Of a stretch of 64,000 nt of DNA, positions 39,351-49,596 are shown piece by piece. The stretch is taken from assembly GCA_045124155.1 (NCBI GenBank), contig JBGVLG010000205.1, positions 4,103 through 68,102 on the forward strand, given 5' to 3'. The position numbers and the translations under genes are program-made. The stretch comes from Anaeroplasma sp. (GTDB taxonomy: Bacteria > Bacillota_I > Bacilli_A > Acholeplasmatales > Anaeroplasmataceae). Positions within the stretch are counted from its first letter, which is position 1. Every line of letters begins with the position of its first letter. Below the pieces are notes generated by a model, which did not search any database, had not been told where the DNA came from, and was given only the letters and a program-made list of their open reading frames with translations.

Positions 39351-40324
39351 TATAAACCCCTCTCATTCTGTCTATTTATATAAAAGCTTTCTTCCTTAGC
39401 TGAAGAAAAATATATTGAATGTTCTTTATCTATAACTACAGAACTTGCTATAAAATCATGGATACATCTTCTATTTTTTGAAAATAAAAACATAGTATAG
39501 CTTATTAAAGCAGCTGCACCAAAGCTTAAAATTCCTAATAATAGCTCTATAGAAACATAAACTAACCATCTAATTATATATTTATATTTTTTTAGCTTAT
39601 AGCCCTCATTAGAAATTACTCCTAGCTTAAAGATATATTTTCCAATACTTTCACCACTAGGAGATACCATTGGAATTAATAAATCAAAGGTAGCTGATAC
39701 TGCAAATAATACTGGAATAATCCAAACAAAGGATGACATAAAGATTTGTTGATTTTCAGTAGTAAGTGTATTTATTTCTGAATTCTTAATAATATCAACA
39801 CAAGCATCCTCATATATATTTAAAAAGAATGAAACAGTAGCATTTGATTTTTCGTTATCTATTAATTCAAGAGTATAAGTATCAATATTAAAATCCTTAA
39901 TATTAGATTCTTCACCTCCTAATTTTAATATATCTCTTTTATATACCTCTAAAGATAAATTTGTTTGACCTCCAAAATTTTTATATTGAGTTGTATAATA
40001 ATTATATAAAGTTTGAGTTAATGATATATTTTCGTATGTCTTACCACTAAAACTACATTTTATATTATATAAATCCTCTAGCTTAGTAACATTATTGAAG
40101 CCACATTTTGCACAATAATTACCATTATCATCTACTAAAAATAAATCTGTTTGAAGATATAGCTCAGATATTTTATTTCCATTTTCTTTTAATTTATTAT
40201 TATCTAGAGTATTTGGGAAAACAAATATCAAAAAAATTATAAAGGTAAGTGATATGACTATTGTTAGATCAATAAATCGAGCTATTAATCTTTTCCATTT
40301 CTTTGCTAATAAAATTTTTTTCAT
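39350..40324 (-). CDS. RDD-family membrane protein with ~170-aa insertion between TM1 and TM2
   Basis: 324 aa. RDD signature residues in KRLIARFIDLTIV ... RRCIHDFIASSVVI. Confidence 0.7.
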   Translation of the reverse strand: MKKILLAKKWKRLIARFIDLTIVISLTFIIFLIFVFPNTLDNNKLKENGNKISELYLQTDLFLVDDNGNYCAKCGFNNVTKLEDLYNIKCSFSGKTYENISLTQTLYNYYTTQYKNFGGQTNLSLEVYKRDILKLGGEESNIKDFNIDTYTLELIDNEKSNATVSFFLNIYEDACVDIIKNSEINTLTTENQQIFMSSFVWIIPVLFAVSATFDLLIPMVSPSGESIGKYIFKLGVISNEGYKLKKYKYIIRWLVYVSIELLLGILSFGAAALISYTMFLFSKNRRCIHDFIASSVVIDKEHSIYFSSAKEESFYINRQNERGL

Positions 40325-40384
40325 ATTTATTTTCCTTTCTTTAATAACTTGACTTTATTTTTATCAATATAATATAATAACTAT

Positions 40385-40861
40385 ATGAAATTAAAAGTAT
40401 ATAGAATTTCTTTACTAGGTGCTTTAATTGCCTCACTTGGTATTGATATCTTTTTTTTAGTACAGGCAATTATAAATATAATTAATTCAACAAATATAGA
40501 TCATTCTGATGAAATAATGTTTATTATTTGTTTTGTTTTGTTGATTTTATTTGTAGGATTAGAGATAGTAAATACAGTTATTTCATTTAAAAATGGTAGT
40601 GCATTTATAAAGAATTTAACATATAATCAGGATTTATCCTTAAATCGTAATTTATTATATGTATCAGGAGGTATATCAATTTTATCATTAATTGCGATTG
40701 TATATTTTTCTTTATTATTCGCATTATCAAATATGCCATTTGGAAATTTAGCATATGGAATGAAAACTGTAATATTAGGATTCTTTATAATTACATTTGT
40801 AGATTCCTTATTTATTACATTATTCCCATTAGTAGCAAAGGAAGATAAATCATTTAAATAA
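40385..40861 (+). CDS. Small 4-TM membrane protein, unknown function
   Basis: 158 aa with four long hydrophobic segments and no motif. One of only 5 plus-strand genes in the window. Confidence 0.5.
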   Translation: MKLKVYRISLLGALIASLGIDIFFLVQAIINIINSTNIDHSDEIMFIICFVLLILFVGLEIVNTVISFKNGSAFIKNLTYNQDLSLNRNLLYVSGGISILSLIAIVYFSLLFALSNMPFGNLAYGMKTVILGFFIITFVDSLFITLFPLVAKEDKSFK

Positions 40862-40865
40862 AATT

Positions 40866-40891
40866 ATAGGAGGTGTGAAAACACCTCCTAT
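40866..40891. terminator. Bidirectional terminator between convergent genes
   Basis: ATAGGAGGTGT-GAAA-ACACCTCCTAT perfect 11-bp stem, flanked by an A-rich tract on one side and a T-rich tract on the other. Confidence 0.7.
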
Positions 40892-40895
40892 TTTA

Positions 40896-42578
40896 TTATT
40901 TTGTTAATATAACAGTAGATTGTCTTCCTAATTTAAGCTTATTATTAGCTAATTCAGGTGTTAGTTTAGAAACTGAAATCTCATCAGCAATTTTTGTAAT
41001 TCCAAGTTTAGATACATCTATTTCTACATTTACACCCTTAAAATTATGAATAATAATTATTGATTCATCATTATATGATAACTCATATGCTAAAACATTA
41101 TCATAATTAGTAACAATATCCTGGGTTCTATTTGTAAATATACTTTGTTTAATGAAAGGATATTTATTTCTAATCTGAATAACCTTTTTATAATGATTCC
41201 ATACAGAATAATTAGTAGCTTGAGCGTCAGTTGCACCTAAAGTCACTTGAGTATTATTCTTATTTAAATCTGGTCTTGAGGCTTCAGGAAATTGACATTC
41301 TCCTGTTTTATCCTTACTAGACCATACCATTGGTAATCTTCTTCTAACATCACTAGCGTCATCAGGGCTAGTTTTTCTTTCGCCCTTCATACATATTTCC
41401 TCTCCATAATAAATAAATGGAGTACCAGGAAGTAGGTATGTTAAGGATGCAGCAATTTTAGCATTATTTCCCTCTAATGATTTAGCAGCTCTATCCATAT
41501 CATGATTAGAAATAAAATATGAGGAATATCCATTAGGATTATTTTCCTTCATAAGCTTTTCTTGGCGCTCTATTGCAGCTCCAAAGCTCATTGATGAGCT
41601 TAATCCTTTAGCTTGGCTAATAAGAGACTCATCTCCACGTCCCTCTATTGAAGCATTAAATTTAAAGAAAGAATCAAATGTAGATTTATAATAATTATTT
41701 ATTATTCCTATATTATCCCAGCATTCACCAACAAAATAAATACCTGGATGTTCATTTACTACTGAATCTCTAATAAATGTTAGAAATTCAGTATTATATG
41801 CTACATTCTCATATTCATAATATTTAACAGCATCAAAGCGAAATCCCTTAACACCTTTAGAAACCCAGAAGTTTAATATATTAACCATTTCGCTTCTTAC
41901 TGCTTCATTTTTAGTATTAAAATCAGGCATTGCAAAATCAAATCTAGCCTCATAAAATACTGAACTATTAGAAGCATATGGATAATATTGATTCTTTCTA
42001 GTATCACTCCAGCAATACCAATCAGCCTTTGAATCAGCTAAGGTATTATTATCAATATAATCCTGATAAGATTGTTTAAACCATGGATGAGAAGTACTAG
42101 AATGATTAAATACAATATCAATCATAATATCAATATTATATTTTTCTGCTTCAGTAGTTAATGCTTCAAAATCAGCCATAGTACCATAATCAGAATTTAT
42201 ATCATAATAGTCTGTTACATCATAGCCATGATAGGTAGGAGATGGCATTATAGGCATTAGCCATAAGGTTTTAATACCTAAATCCTTAAAATAAGGAAGC
42301 TTAGCTTTAACTCCATTTAAATCACCGATTCCATCATTGTTACTATCATAGAAGCTTCTTACAAAGACTTCATAGGAAACTGAACCATTTTCATTTGATA
42401 TTGAATTGTCGAATAAATAATTATCACTCTCATATTCATTAAGATTGATGGTGTTTATTACTGTTTGACTTGGTTCCTCAAAATCATCGAAATCATCAGG
42501 AGCCTCAGTATTACAAGCAACCATCGATAATAATGAAAAAAGAGAGAATAATATTACTATTATTTTTCTCTTTTTCAT
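40896..42578 (-). CDS. GH13 alpha-amylase-family lipoprotein
   Basis: 560 aa. Lipobox LLSMVA-C-NTE. GH13 regions DIVFNHS, GFRFDAVKY, FVGECW and FISNHD. Confidence 0.88.
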   Translation of the reverse strand: MKKRKIIVILFSLFSLLSMVACNTEAPDDFDDFEEPSQTVINTINLNEYESDNYLFDNSISNENGSVSYEVFVRSFYDSNNDGIGDLNGVKAKLPYFKDLGIKTLWLMPIMPSPTYHGYDVTDYYDINSDYGTMADFEALTTEAEKYNIDIMIDIVFNHSSTSHPWFKQSYQDYIDNNTLADSKADWYCWSDTRKNQYYPYASNSSVFYEARFDFAMPDFNTKNEAVRSEMVNILNFWVSKGVKGFRFDAVKYYEYENVAYNTEFLTFIRDSVVNEHPGIYFVGECWDNIGIINNYYKSTFDSFFKFNASIEGRGDESLISQAKGLSSSMSFGAAIERQEKLMKENNPNGYSSYFISNHDMDRAAKSLEGNNAKIAASLTYLLPGTPFIYYGEEICMKGERKTSPDDASDVRRRLPMVWSSKDKTGECQFPEASRPDLNKNNTQVTLGATDAQATNYSVWNHYKKVIQIRNKYPFIKQSIFTNRTQDIVTNYDNVLAYELSYNDESIIIIHNFKGVNVEIDVSKLGITKIADEISVSKLTPELANNKLKLGRQSTVILTK

Positions 42579-42587
42579 ATATTAATT

Positions 42588-43487
42588 TTATCCTTTCACT
42601 GCTCCACCAGTTACACCAGATACATAGTACTTTTGTAAGCAGAAGAACAATATTGTAATTGGTAATGCAACACATACTGCACCCGGTGCAAATTGAATGT
42701 AGTATGATGTTACAGTATCCTGAGAACCTGAAACAAATTGGAATAATCCTATCGCGACAGTCCAATTGTCAATGTTCTGTAAACCAACTATATAGGATGA
42801 TGTAATGTAATCACCCCAAGGTCCCATAAAGCTTGTAAGTATAGTATAAACTATAATTGGCTTTGCAAGAGGTAAAATTATTTGCCAGAAAATTTGGCTC
42901 TTTGATGCACCATCAACCATTGCAGCCTCATCAATATTTTTAGATATTGTATCAAAGAAGCCCTTTGAAATATAATATCCACCACCTGCACCAGCTGAAT
43001 AAATAATAACTAGTGCGAAATAATTACCCTGTAGGTTAAAGATTTCCTTCATAACCCAATACATAATTATCATTCCTAGGAAGCCTGGGAACATTCCTAT
43101 AACTAGGTTAAACTTCATAAATACTGTTCTAGCCTTAAATCTAAATCTAGAAAGTGCATATGCAGTACCTAATACAAAGATTGTAGAAATAATAGTTGAT
43201 AATACAGAAACTATTAATGTATTTCCAAACCAGGTAAGGAACTTTCCATCTAATGATGTATTTGAAGCAAGAGGATTAACTTTACCAGTAATATTATTAA
43301 ATAGGTATAAATAGTTATCAAATGAGAATTCCTTTGGTATTAATTGCTGCTTTAGCTCGATTCCACCCTTTCCAAAGGATTGTAGAACTAACCAAACAAC
43401 AGGAAGAAGCCAAATAATTGACATTGCAATAAGAATAATATAAATTAGTGTATTTGAAACAATACGTCTGACTTTTAAACTTTTCAT
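42588..43487 (-). CDS. CUT1 sugar ABC transporter permease (MalG-like)
   Basis: 299 aa, 6 TM. EAA loop DEAAMVDGASKSQIFWQIILPLAKP. Confidence 0.9.
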   Translation of the reverse strand: MKSLKVRRIVSNTLIYIILIAMSIIWLLPVVWLVLQSFGKGGIELKQQLIPKEFSFDNYLYLFNNITGKVNPLASNTSLDGKFLTWFGNTLIVSVLSTIISTIFVLGTAYALSRFRFKARTVFMKFNLVIGMFPGFLGMIIMYWVMKEIFNLQGNYFALVIIYSAGAGGGYYISKGFFDTISKNIDEAAMVDGASKSQIFWQIILPLAKPIIVYTILTSFMGPWGDYITSSYIVGLQNIDNWTVAIGLFQFVSGSQDTVTSYYIQFAPGAVCVALPITILFFCLQKYYVSGVTGGAVKG

Positions 43488-46339
43488 TATTGAAATTGAT
43501 CCTCCTCTTTAATTGATCCGCTCTTACTATACATAACTATAGAAATGAATGAGCATATGATAAATACAATAATACCGATAGCACTTGCAATACCATATTG
43601 AGGATTACTTGTAGATGTTACAATCTTATAAATAAATGTAATTAATAGGTCAGTTTGTCCTAAGCCTAATAATCCAGAACCTCCAATTGAAGGACCTCCA
43701 CCAGTTAAGAAGAATATAACATTAAAGTTATTAATATTACCTATAAATTGAGTAATTAAATAAGGACCTGTAACAAATAGAATATATGGCATTGTAATCT
43801 TTGTAAATTTAGTAAATGTACCAGCACCATCTATTTCAGCAGATTCATATAAATCCTTAGGAATATTTAATAATATACCTGTAGTTGATAAGATTGTGTA
43901 TGGTATACCTACCCAAATATTAACAATAATAATTACTAATTTTGCTAAGAATACTGCTGATTCACTAGAATCTGTACCAAAGCCTAATCTACTTCCAAAG
44001 GTTTGGAAATACCATTGGCCTATTGCACCAGAATCCTTTAATAGGGTACCAATTGATAATAAAGAAATGAACTGAGGAATAGCAATTGTCATAACAAATA
44101 CTGTTCTCCATAATTTCTTAAACTTAATACCATCCTTATTAATCATTAGAGCTACAATTATACCTAAGATATAATTTGTAAATGTTGCTACTATTGCCCA
44201 GGTTAATGTCCAGCCTATTGTTTTTACTAATGCTTGTGGCAATACAGCAAATTGTGAGGTTGGATCTGGGTTAAATAGGGTCTTAAAATTATCAAAGCCT
44301 ATCCAAGTAAATAATTGTGTTGGAGGCTCGTGACCCTTAGAATAATTCGTGAAGGCAACAAATATTGAGAATATTAATGGAACAATTGAGAATAATACTA
44401 TTCCTAATACTGGTAATGATAGAATAGTAATATGGAATTTATCATTAAATAAACTCTTTATTGCTTCAACAAAGGTTGTAAATTTAACAACATATTTATC
44501 AGGATGAGCCTTAATAAACTCTTCCTTTTCATTCATAGCATGATTTAAATTTTCAGCTACTTCATTAGGAGTAAGCATTCTAGTTTCTTTTGTTTGCTTA
44601 TCCTTTATATGCATTTTCTTAACAAAGCTTACAGCTAAATTATATTCCATTTTATATTCAACAACTAATTCATCTACTACTAACTCGAAGGCTAATTCCT
44701 CTGCAGTATAATTAGTTTTTAAATATTTCTTATCTCTCTTGTAAGCTCTCTTTGATTCATTAATTTCCTCTGATTCTAATGCTTTAATATTTTTATCAGT
44801 AGGTAAATCCTTAAGCTTACGCATTATAACTGTTGTTGCATCTATTAATTGAGCCTTAGCCTCTAATAATTCGTTTTCCATATTTGGAGATTTATTAGCT
44901 TTAATAGTCTTAACATCATTATTATATTTTAATTTAGCTTGATTTAATTCCTCATTAAGTGCCTGCTTCTTTTCTCTAATTAAAGTGAATCTAGCAGTTG
45001 TAGCTTCAATCTTTTTATTCATTCCATCTAATAAATCAATTCCAGCCTGAAGATTACTTGAATTCTTTTCTTGATATTTTTCTAAACCTTCATTATAAAT
45101 AGGAACAAATTTAGAGAAATTTCTATAGAATAAAATTTCACTATCTAATTTAGCAAGCTTCTTATAATAATAATTAACCTTACCATATTTAGCATTATTA
45201 TTAGCATCCTGAATATCCACTAAAGAAGAATGTCTCTTATTTATTTCATCAATTGAATGCTTTCTTGATTTGATCTTTAATTCAATACTATTTAATAAAG
45301 ATTTTGTTTTATTCTTATAGATTTCTTGGTTAATATTATTCTTTTCTAATAATATTTCTCTATCAGCTTCTGAAGAGGTGCTTAATCTTTGATTTTGAGC
45401 TTCAACTAGTTGATTAAAGCCTGTTTCTCTAAAATTAGCTACCTTTTCATATTTATTATTTATTCTAGTAAGCTTCTTATTTTCTTTGCTTAATTTCTTT
45501 AAATAATTATAGGAATGAGTAAATGATTCATTAATTAAATAATTTGTATAATTCCTTTCCTTAGGATCTTCGATCTTATTTAAATATTCCTCTATTTCAT
45601 GAGACATTTGAGCTTTAAGCTCTTTTTTAGAAATATTTAAGGCAAAAGCTTTTTTACATTCCTCATCAATTTTTCTACTAAATTCAAGATTTCTATTATA
45701 AATAGAATCAAAATATAATAAATTCTTAGCTCTATAATTATAATATCCATTTTGAATACTACGATTCCAAATATAAATAAATAGGAATATAGATAATACC
45801 CAAAGTAGACCATAAATTAGAATCATAATAGAGTTATCACCCATTATTAGCTCAGCGAACTCTTCATCTGGATCCTCATGTGGACCCTCTAAGCCTAATG
45901 ATGATAGCATCCATATACTTTTAGCACCAAATAAAATAAATAACAAAATATATCCTATTTGAAATACTAAATACATTATACCAAAGGTATATTGCTTATT
46001 AGCTAAAGCTGAAAAGCCAAATATTCCAAAGGATAATCTACCATTTCTATCATTATATTTGAATTGATGTGCCTTACGCTTGAAAAAGCCTATGAACTTC
46101 AAGAAATATTGATATATACCAACTCCAACCATTTTTCCAAATAGTGCAATTGATATAAACATTGATAAAACAAAATCAATAACCCAACGTATACCTTTCC
46201 AAATAGTACCTGCAAAAGACATACAATAATATACAAAAGGATTTATTATATGAGGCTTTTCTGTAAATACATTTGTAGGGGATTCATTATTTATAGTTGA
46301 ATTGTTACCTAAGGTATCTTTTTCTTCCATCGCAATCAA
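43487..46339 (-). CDS. CUT1 sugar ABC transporter permease (MalF-like) with ~620-aa N-terminal extension
   Basis: 950 aa. The C-terminal ~330 aa form a canonical permease core (EAA loop ESAEIDGAGTFTKFTKITMPYIL). The N-terminus has ~4 hydrophobic helices, then ~420 aa of K/E/N-rich heptad-like sequence (about nt 44480-45740). Confidence 0.85.
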   Translation of the reverse strand: MIAMEEKDTLGNNSTINNESPTNVFTEKPHIINPFVYYCMSFAGTIWKGIRWVIDFVLSMFISIALFGKMVGVGIYQYFLKFIGFFKRKAHQFKYNDRNGRLSFGIFGFSALANKQYTFGIMYLVFQIGYILLFILFGAKSIWMLSSLGLEGPHEDPDEEFAELIMGDNSIMILIYGLLWVLSIFLFIYIWNRSIQNGYYNYRAKNLLYFDSIYNRNLEFSRKIDEECKKAFALNISKKELKAQMSHEIEEYLNKIEDPKERNYTNYLINESFTHSYNYLKKLSKENKKLTRINNKYEKVANFRETGFNQLVEAQNQRLSTSSEADREILLEKNNINQEIYKNKTKSLLNSIELKIKSRKHSIDEINKRHSSLVDIQDANNNAKYGKVNYYYKKLAKLDSEILFYRNFSKFVPIYNEGLEKYQEKNSSNLQAGIDLLDGMNKKIEATTARFTLIREKKQALNEELNQAKLKYNNDVKTIKANKSPNMENELLEAKAQLIDATTVIMRKLKDLPTDKNIKALESEEINESKRAYKRDKKYLKTNYTAEELAFELVVDELVVEYKMEYNLAVSFVKKMHIKDKQTKETRMLTPNEVAENLNHAMNEKEEFIKAHPDKYVVKFTTFVEAIKSLFNDKFHITILSLPVLGIVLFSIVPLIFSIFVAFTNYSKGHEPPTQLFTWIGFDNFKTLFNPDPTSQFAVLPQALVKTIGWTLTWAIVATFTNYILGIIVALMINKDGIKFKKLWRTVFVMTIAIPQFISLLSIGTLLKDSGAIGQWYFQTFGSRLGFGTDSSESAVFLAKLVIIIVNIWVGIPYTILSTTGILLNIPKDLYESAEIDGAGTFTKFTKITMPYILFVTGPYLITQFIGNINNFNVIFFLTGGGPSIGGSGLLGLGQTDLLITFIYKIVTSTSNPQYGIASAIGIIVFIICSFISIVMYSKSGSIKEEDQFQ

Positions 46340-46397
46340 CTCCTTTTCTTAGGGACATAAGGAGGAACTAAATTCCCCCTTATATTTCATGAATTTA

Positions 46398-47675
46398 TTA
46401 AATTTGTGGGTTTCTTAAAATATTCATTTGATCTGTTAGGAATTGTTGCCAAGTCTTTGCTGCACCAGCATCAGTTGTACCTAAATTGCCATCAACATAA
46501 GCTTGACCAATTGCCTTACCGATATCCCAGTATCTAGATTCAGCAGTTTGAGCTTGAATACATGCATATAGAGATTGTTCAACTAATGCAGCACCACCAA
46601 TAGTAACCTTTGATGTATATCTTGCATCAGCGATAGCTTCTTTATTACAAGGTAAAGCATTTCTAATTTCAAATCTCTTTAATTGACCTTCCTTTGAAGT
46701 TAATAATTCAGCTAATTCAGCAGCAGTCTTTTGTTCTGCAGCAGGTCTAGTCTTATTAATACAATAAACCTTTGAACCAGAGAATGAAGCCATTTGATAA
46801 GCAGTGCCATCGATATGATATGCAGGAAGCTTTGTAGCAGCTAAATTATCACCAATTGCAGCTTGTAAATCATTTTGCATCCAAGTACCAGATACAGCAG
46901 CGATCATTGTACCATCTTTGAAACCTGCAGCAATTACATCGTTAGAACCCATTTGTAATGTACCATCAGTATATGCAGGAGTTAATAGGCTTTGAACATA
47001 CTCAGAAACCTTAACTGCAGAAGCGTTATCCCATGTAGTGTCATAAACATTACCAGTTTCGCCCTTCTTCCACTTTAATGATTCAACACCATTAGCTTGT
47101 GGAGACATAATAAATGAGTTAGCATACCAACCATTTGCTACATCCATAAGGAATGTCTTACCAGCAGCCTTAGCCTTTTGTAAAATAGTCTCTAAAGAAG
47201 TAACATCCTCAGCAGTTAAAGCTGCCTTATTATACCATAAGAAATAACCATTATCACCTGTAACTGGATAACCCCATAGCTTATCCTCAAGTGTAGCACC
47301 TAAAACTGCAGTTTCAGTTGTAGAGTTAATAACAGCCTCTTTACGAGCGTTCTTAATTTCTGCAACGATATTCTTTGACTTTAATGTATCAATGTGGTCA
47401 TCTGCACATAAGAATAATGCAGGAGCACCATTAACTGTTGGGTCATTAGCTAGAGTAGTACCAGCATCTGCCTCAGAAATAGCAGTAAATTCATATTCGA
47501 AGTCTAATTCATGATTAGCATTATACTCATCAACAACAGCCTTAATTACTTCTTCCTCAGCAGCAGTAGCCCAAATATTGATTTTTGTTTTTTCTGTTTC
47601 TGCTTCTTTTCCACAAGAACCTAAGCCTAAAACTGCAATTGCAGCTAAAGGTAAAACCATAAATTTCTTTTTCAT
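46398..47675 (-). CDS. Maltodextrin/sugar-binding lipoprotein (MalE-like, SBP family 1)
   Basis: Start trimmed to the ATG at 47675 (MKKKFMVLPLAAIAVLGLGS-C-G lipobox). Mature protein begins KINIWATAAEEEVIKAVVDEYN. Confidence 0.85.
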   Translation of the reverse strand: MKKKFMVLPLAAIAVLGLGSCGKEAETEKTKINIWATAAEEEVIKAVVDEYNANHELDFEYEFTAISEADAGTTLANDPTVNGAPALFLCADDHIDTLKSKNIVAEIKNARKEAVINSTTETAVLGATLEDKLWGYPVTGDNGYFLWYNKAALTAEDVTSLETILQKAKAAGKTFLMDVANGWYANSFIMSPQANGVESLKWKKGETGNVYDTTWDNASAVKVSEYVQSLLTPAYTDGTLQMGSNDVIAAGFKDGTMIAAVSGTWMQNDLQAAIGDNLAATKLPAYHIDGTAYQMASFSGSKVYCINKTRPAAEQKTAAELAELLTSKEGQLKRFEIRNALPCNKEAIADARYTSKVTIGGAALVEQSLYACIQAQTAESRYWDIGKAIGQAYVDGNLGTTDAGAAKTWQQFLTDQMNILRNPQI

Positions 47676-47707
47676 TTTATCTTTTCCTCTCAATCATTTA
47701 AATATTT

Positions 47708-48304
47708 TTATGCAGCTGTAAAATCTACAGAGAATTTGCAAGAATAAGGCACATCATTCTTAGTTTCAGATGTGAAATTATATGGATAATAACTAATAGT
47801 TAAAGTACCTGGTGCTGTAACTACGATATTATTTCTATTATCAGTTCCTTCATGATAAAAATACTTATCCTCAGCATCAACTTTACCATCTTCATTTTTA
47901 TCACCAACTAAAGTTGTGATGAATGCAGAATTAGACTTAGTAAAATCTACATCCTCCATACCCCATTGAGTACCCCAACCATTAGTTGAAACAAATTTAA
48001 ATCCGCACCATGCATCAACCATTTTTTGAGTTACTGTAGTAGTATAAGTGTATCTAGTATCAAGACCAGATGATGCTTCATCTAATACGAACTTACAGCT
48101 TGGGTCAGCAACGCTAATCTTGCCATAATCTGGAGTCCAGCTATTCCAATGTGAGCCTACGATAAATACCTCAATATTAGGGATGAATTTACTTCCATTT
48201 TGTTCAAATTCATCTGTTGCTTCTGCAGGTTGTCCACAAGAAGCAAGACCTACTGCTGATGCTGCAGTAATAGCAAATAAAGCAAACTTCTTAATTTTTT
48301 TCAT
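47708..48304 (-). CDS. Small lipoprotein with aromatic-rich putative glycan-binding module
   Basis: 198 aa. Lipobox AVGLAS-C-GQ. VGSHWNSWTP and GFKFVSTNGWGTQWG resemble Trp-platform starch-binding modules (by eye). Lies between the ATPase and binding-protein genes. Confidence 0.55.
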   Translation of the reverse strand: MKKIKKFALFAITAASAVGLASCGQPAEATDEFEQNGSKFIPNIEVFIVGSHWNSWTPDYGKISVADPSCKFVLDEASSGLDTRYTYTTTVTQKMVDAWCGFKFVSTNGWGTQWGMEDVDFTKSNSAFITTLVGDKNEDGKVDAEDKYFYHEGTDNRNNIVVTAPGTLTISYYPYNFTSETKNDVPYSCKFSVDFTAA

Positions 48305-48326
48305 TTTTCTTCCTCTTTCCTTTTTT

Positions 48327-49433
48327 TTATATTACCATTTCTGTTTCTGGATCAAAGAAATGGATTTTATCTACTTTCATTTCAACATTTAATACTTCTT
48401 TTGCTGAAATAATTCTTGTGACAGGTATTTTTACAATTAAATCCTTGCCACCAAAATCAGTATGAATATAATATTCATTACCTAATAATTCTGCGACATT
48501 GACTGTGATTTCATAGCTTGTTTCTGTTTTTTCTTCTGTAAGAATGAAATCCTCAGGACGAATTCCTAAAATGCATTGCTTTGGAATTTTCTTATTCTCA
48601 TATAAATGCTTAGGAACATTAATCCTTCTACCATCCTCAGTTGTTGCAACACCAGTTTCAGAATCAAATTCAATCTTTACAAAATTCATGGCAGGGGAAC
48701 CAATAAATCCTGCAACAAACATATTTACAGGGTTATTGTAAATTTCAATCGGAGTTCCGATTTGTTGAATTCTACCAAGCTTCATAACAACGATACGACT
48801 AGCCATTGTCATAGCTTCAATTTGGTCATGGGTTACATAAATTGTAGTAGCTCCTAAAGCCTCATGAAGCTTAATTATTTCACTTCTCATTTGAACACGT
48901 AGCTTTGCATCTAGGTTAGATAATGGTTCATCCATAAGGAATACTTTAGCATTTCTTACTATTGCTCTTCCTAGTGCTACTCTTTGTCTTTGTCCTCCTG
49001 ATAATGCTTTAGGCTTACGATCTAAATATTCCTCAATTTGTAAAATTCTTGCAGCCTCATGTACTCTCTTATCAATTTCATACTTAGGCATATGCTTTAG
49101 CTTTAAACCAAAAGCCATATTGTCATAAACAGACATATGTGGATATAAGGCATAGCTTTGGAATACCATTGCTATATCTCTATCCTTTGGAGTTTTATCA
49201 TTGCAAAGCTCGTGATCGATATAAAGCTCACCTTTAGTAATCTCCTCGAGACCTGCAATCATTCTTAATGTGGTTGACTTTCCACATCCAGATGGACCTA
49301 CGAAAACAATAAATTCATTCTTTTTAATGTCTAAATTGAAATCAAAAACTGCTTGAACATTGTTATCATAGATTTTATCAATATGCTGAAGTGAAACATA
49401 TGAATCATCTGTCTTCTGAATTTCTTCGCTCAT
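48327..49433 (-). CDS. Sugar ABC transporter ATP-binding protein (MsmK/MalK type)
   Basis: 368 aa. Walker A GPSGCGKST, signature LSGGQRQR, Walker B VFLMDEPLSNLD and a C-terminal regulatory (TOBE-like) domain. Confidence 0.93.
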   Translation of the reverse strand: MSEEIQKTDDSYVSLQHIDKIYDNNVQAVFDFNLDIKKNEFIVFVGPSGCGKSTTLRMIAGLEEITKGELYIDHELCNDKTPKDRDIAMVFQSYALYPHMSVYDNMAFGLKLKHMPKYEIDKRVHEAARILQIEEYLDRKPKALSGGQRQRVALGRAIVRNAKVFLMDEPLSNLDAKLRVQMRSEIIKLHEALGATTIYVTHDQIEAMTMASRIVVMKLGRIQQIGTPIEIYNNPVNMFVAGFIGSPAMNFVKIEFDSETGVATTEDGRRINVPKHLYENKKIPKQCILGIRPEDFILTEEKTETSYEITVNVAELLGNEYYIHTDFGGKDLIVKIPVTRIISAKEVLNVEMKVDKIHFFDPETEMVI

Positions 49434-49596
49434 TTTTTACCTCCTCCTATTTAATTTTTCAAAGCAAATATCTATAGCTATTTAATGTCAATTATTTAAA
49501 TTTCCCCTTTTAGCTCAAATAATTAATATTAAATATTCCCCACATATTTACTAAAACAACAAGTAGTTATATTTTTAATAGCATCCTTATATCATT

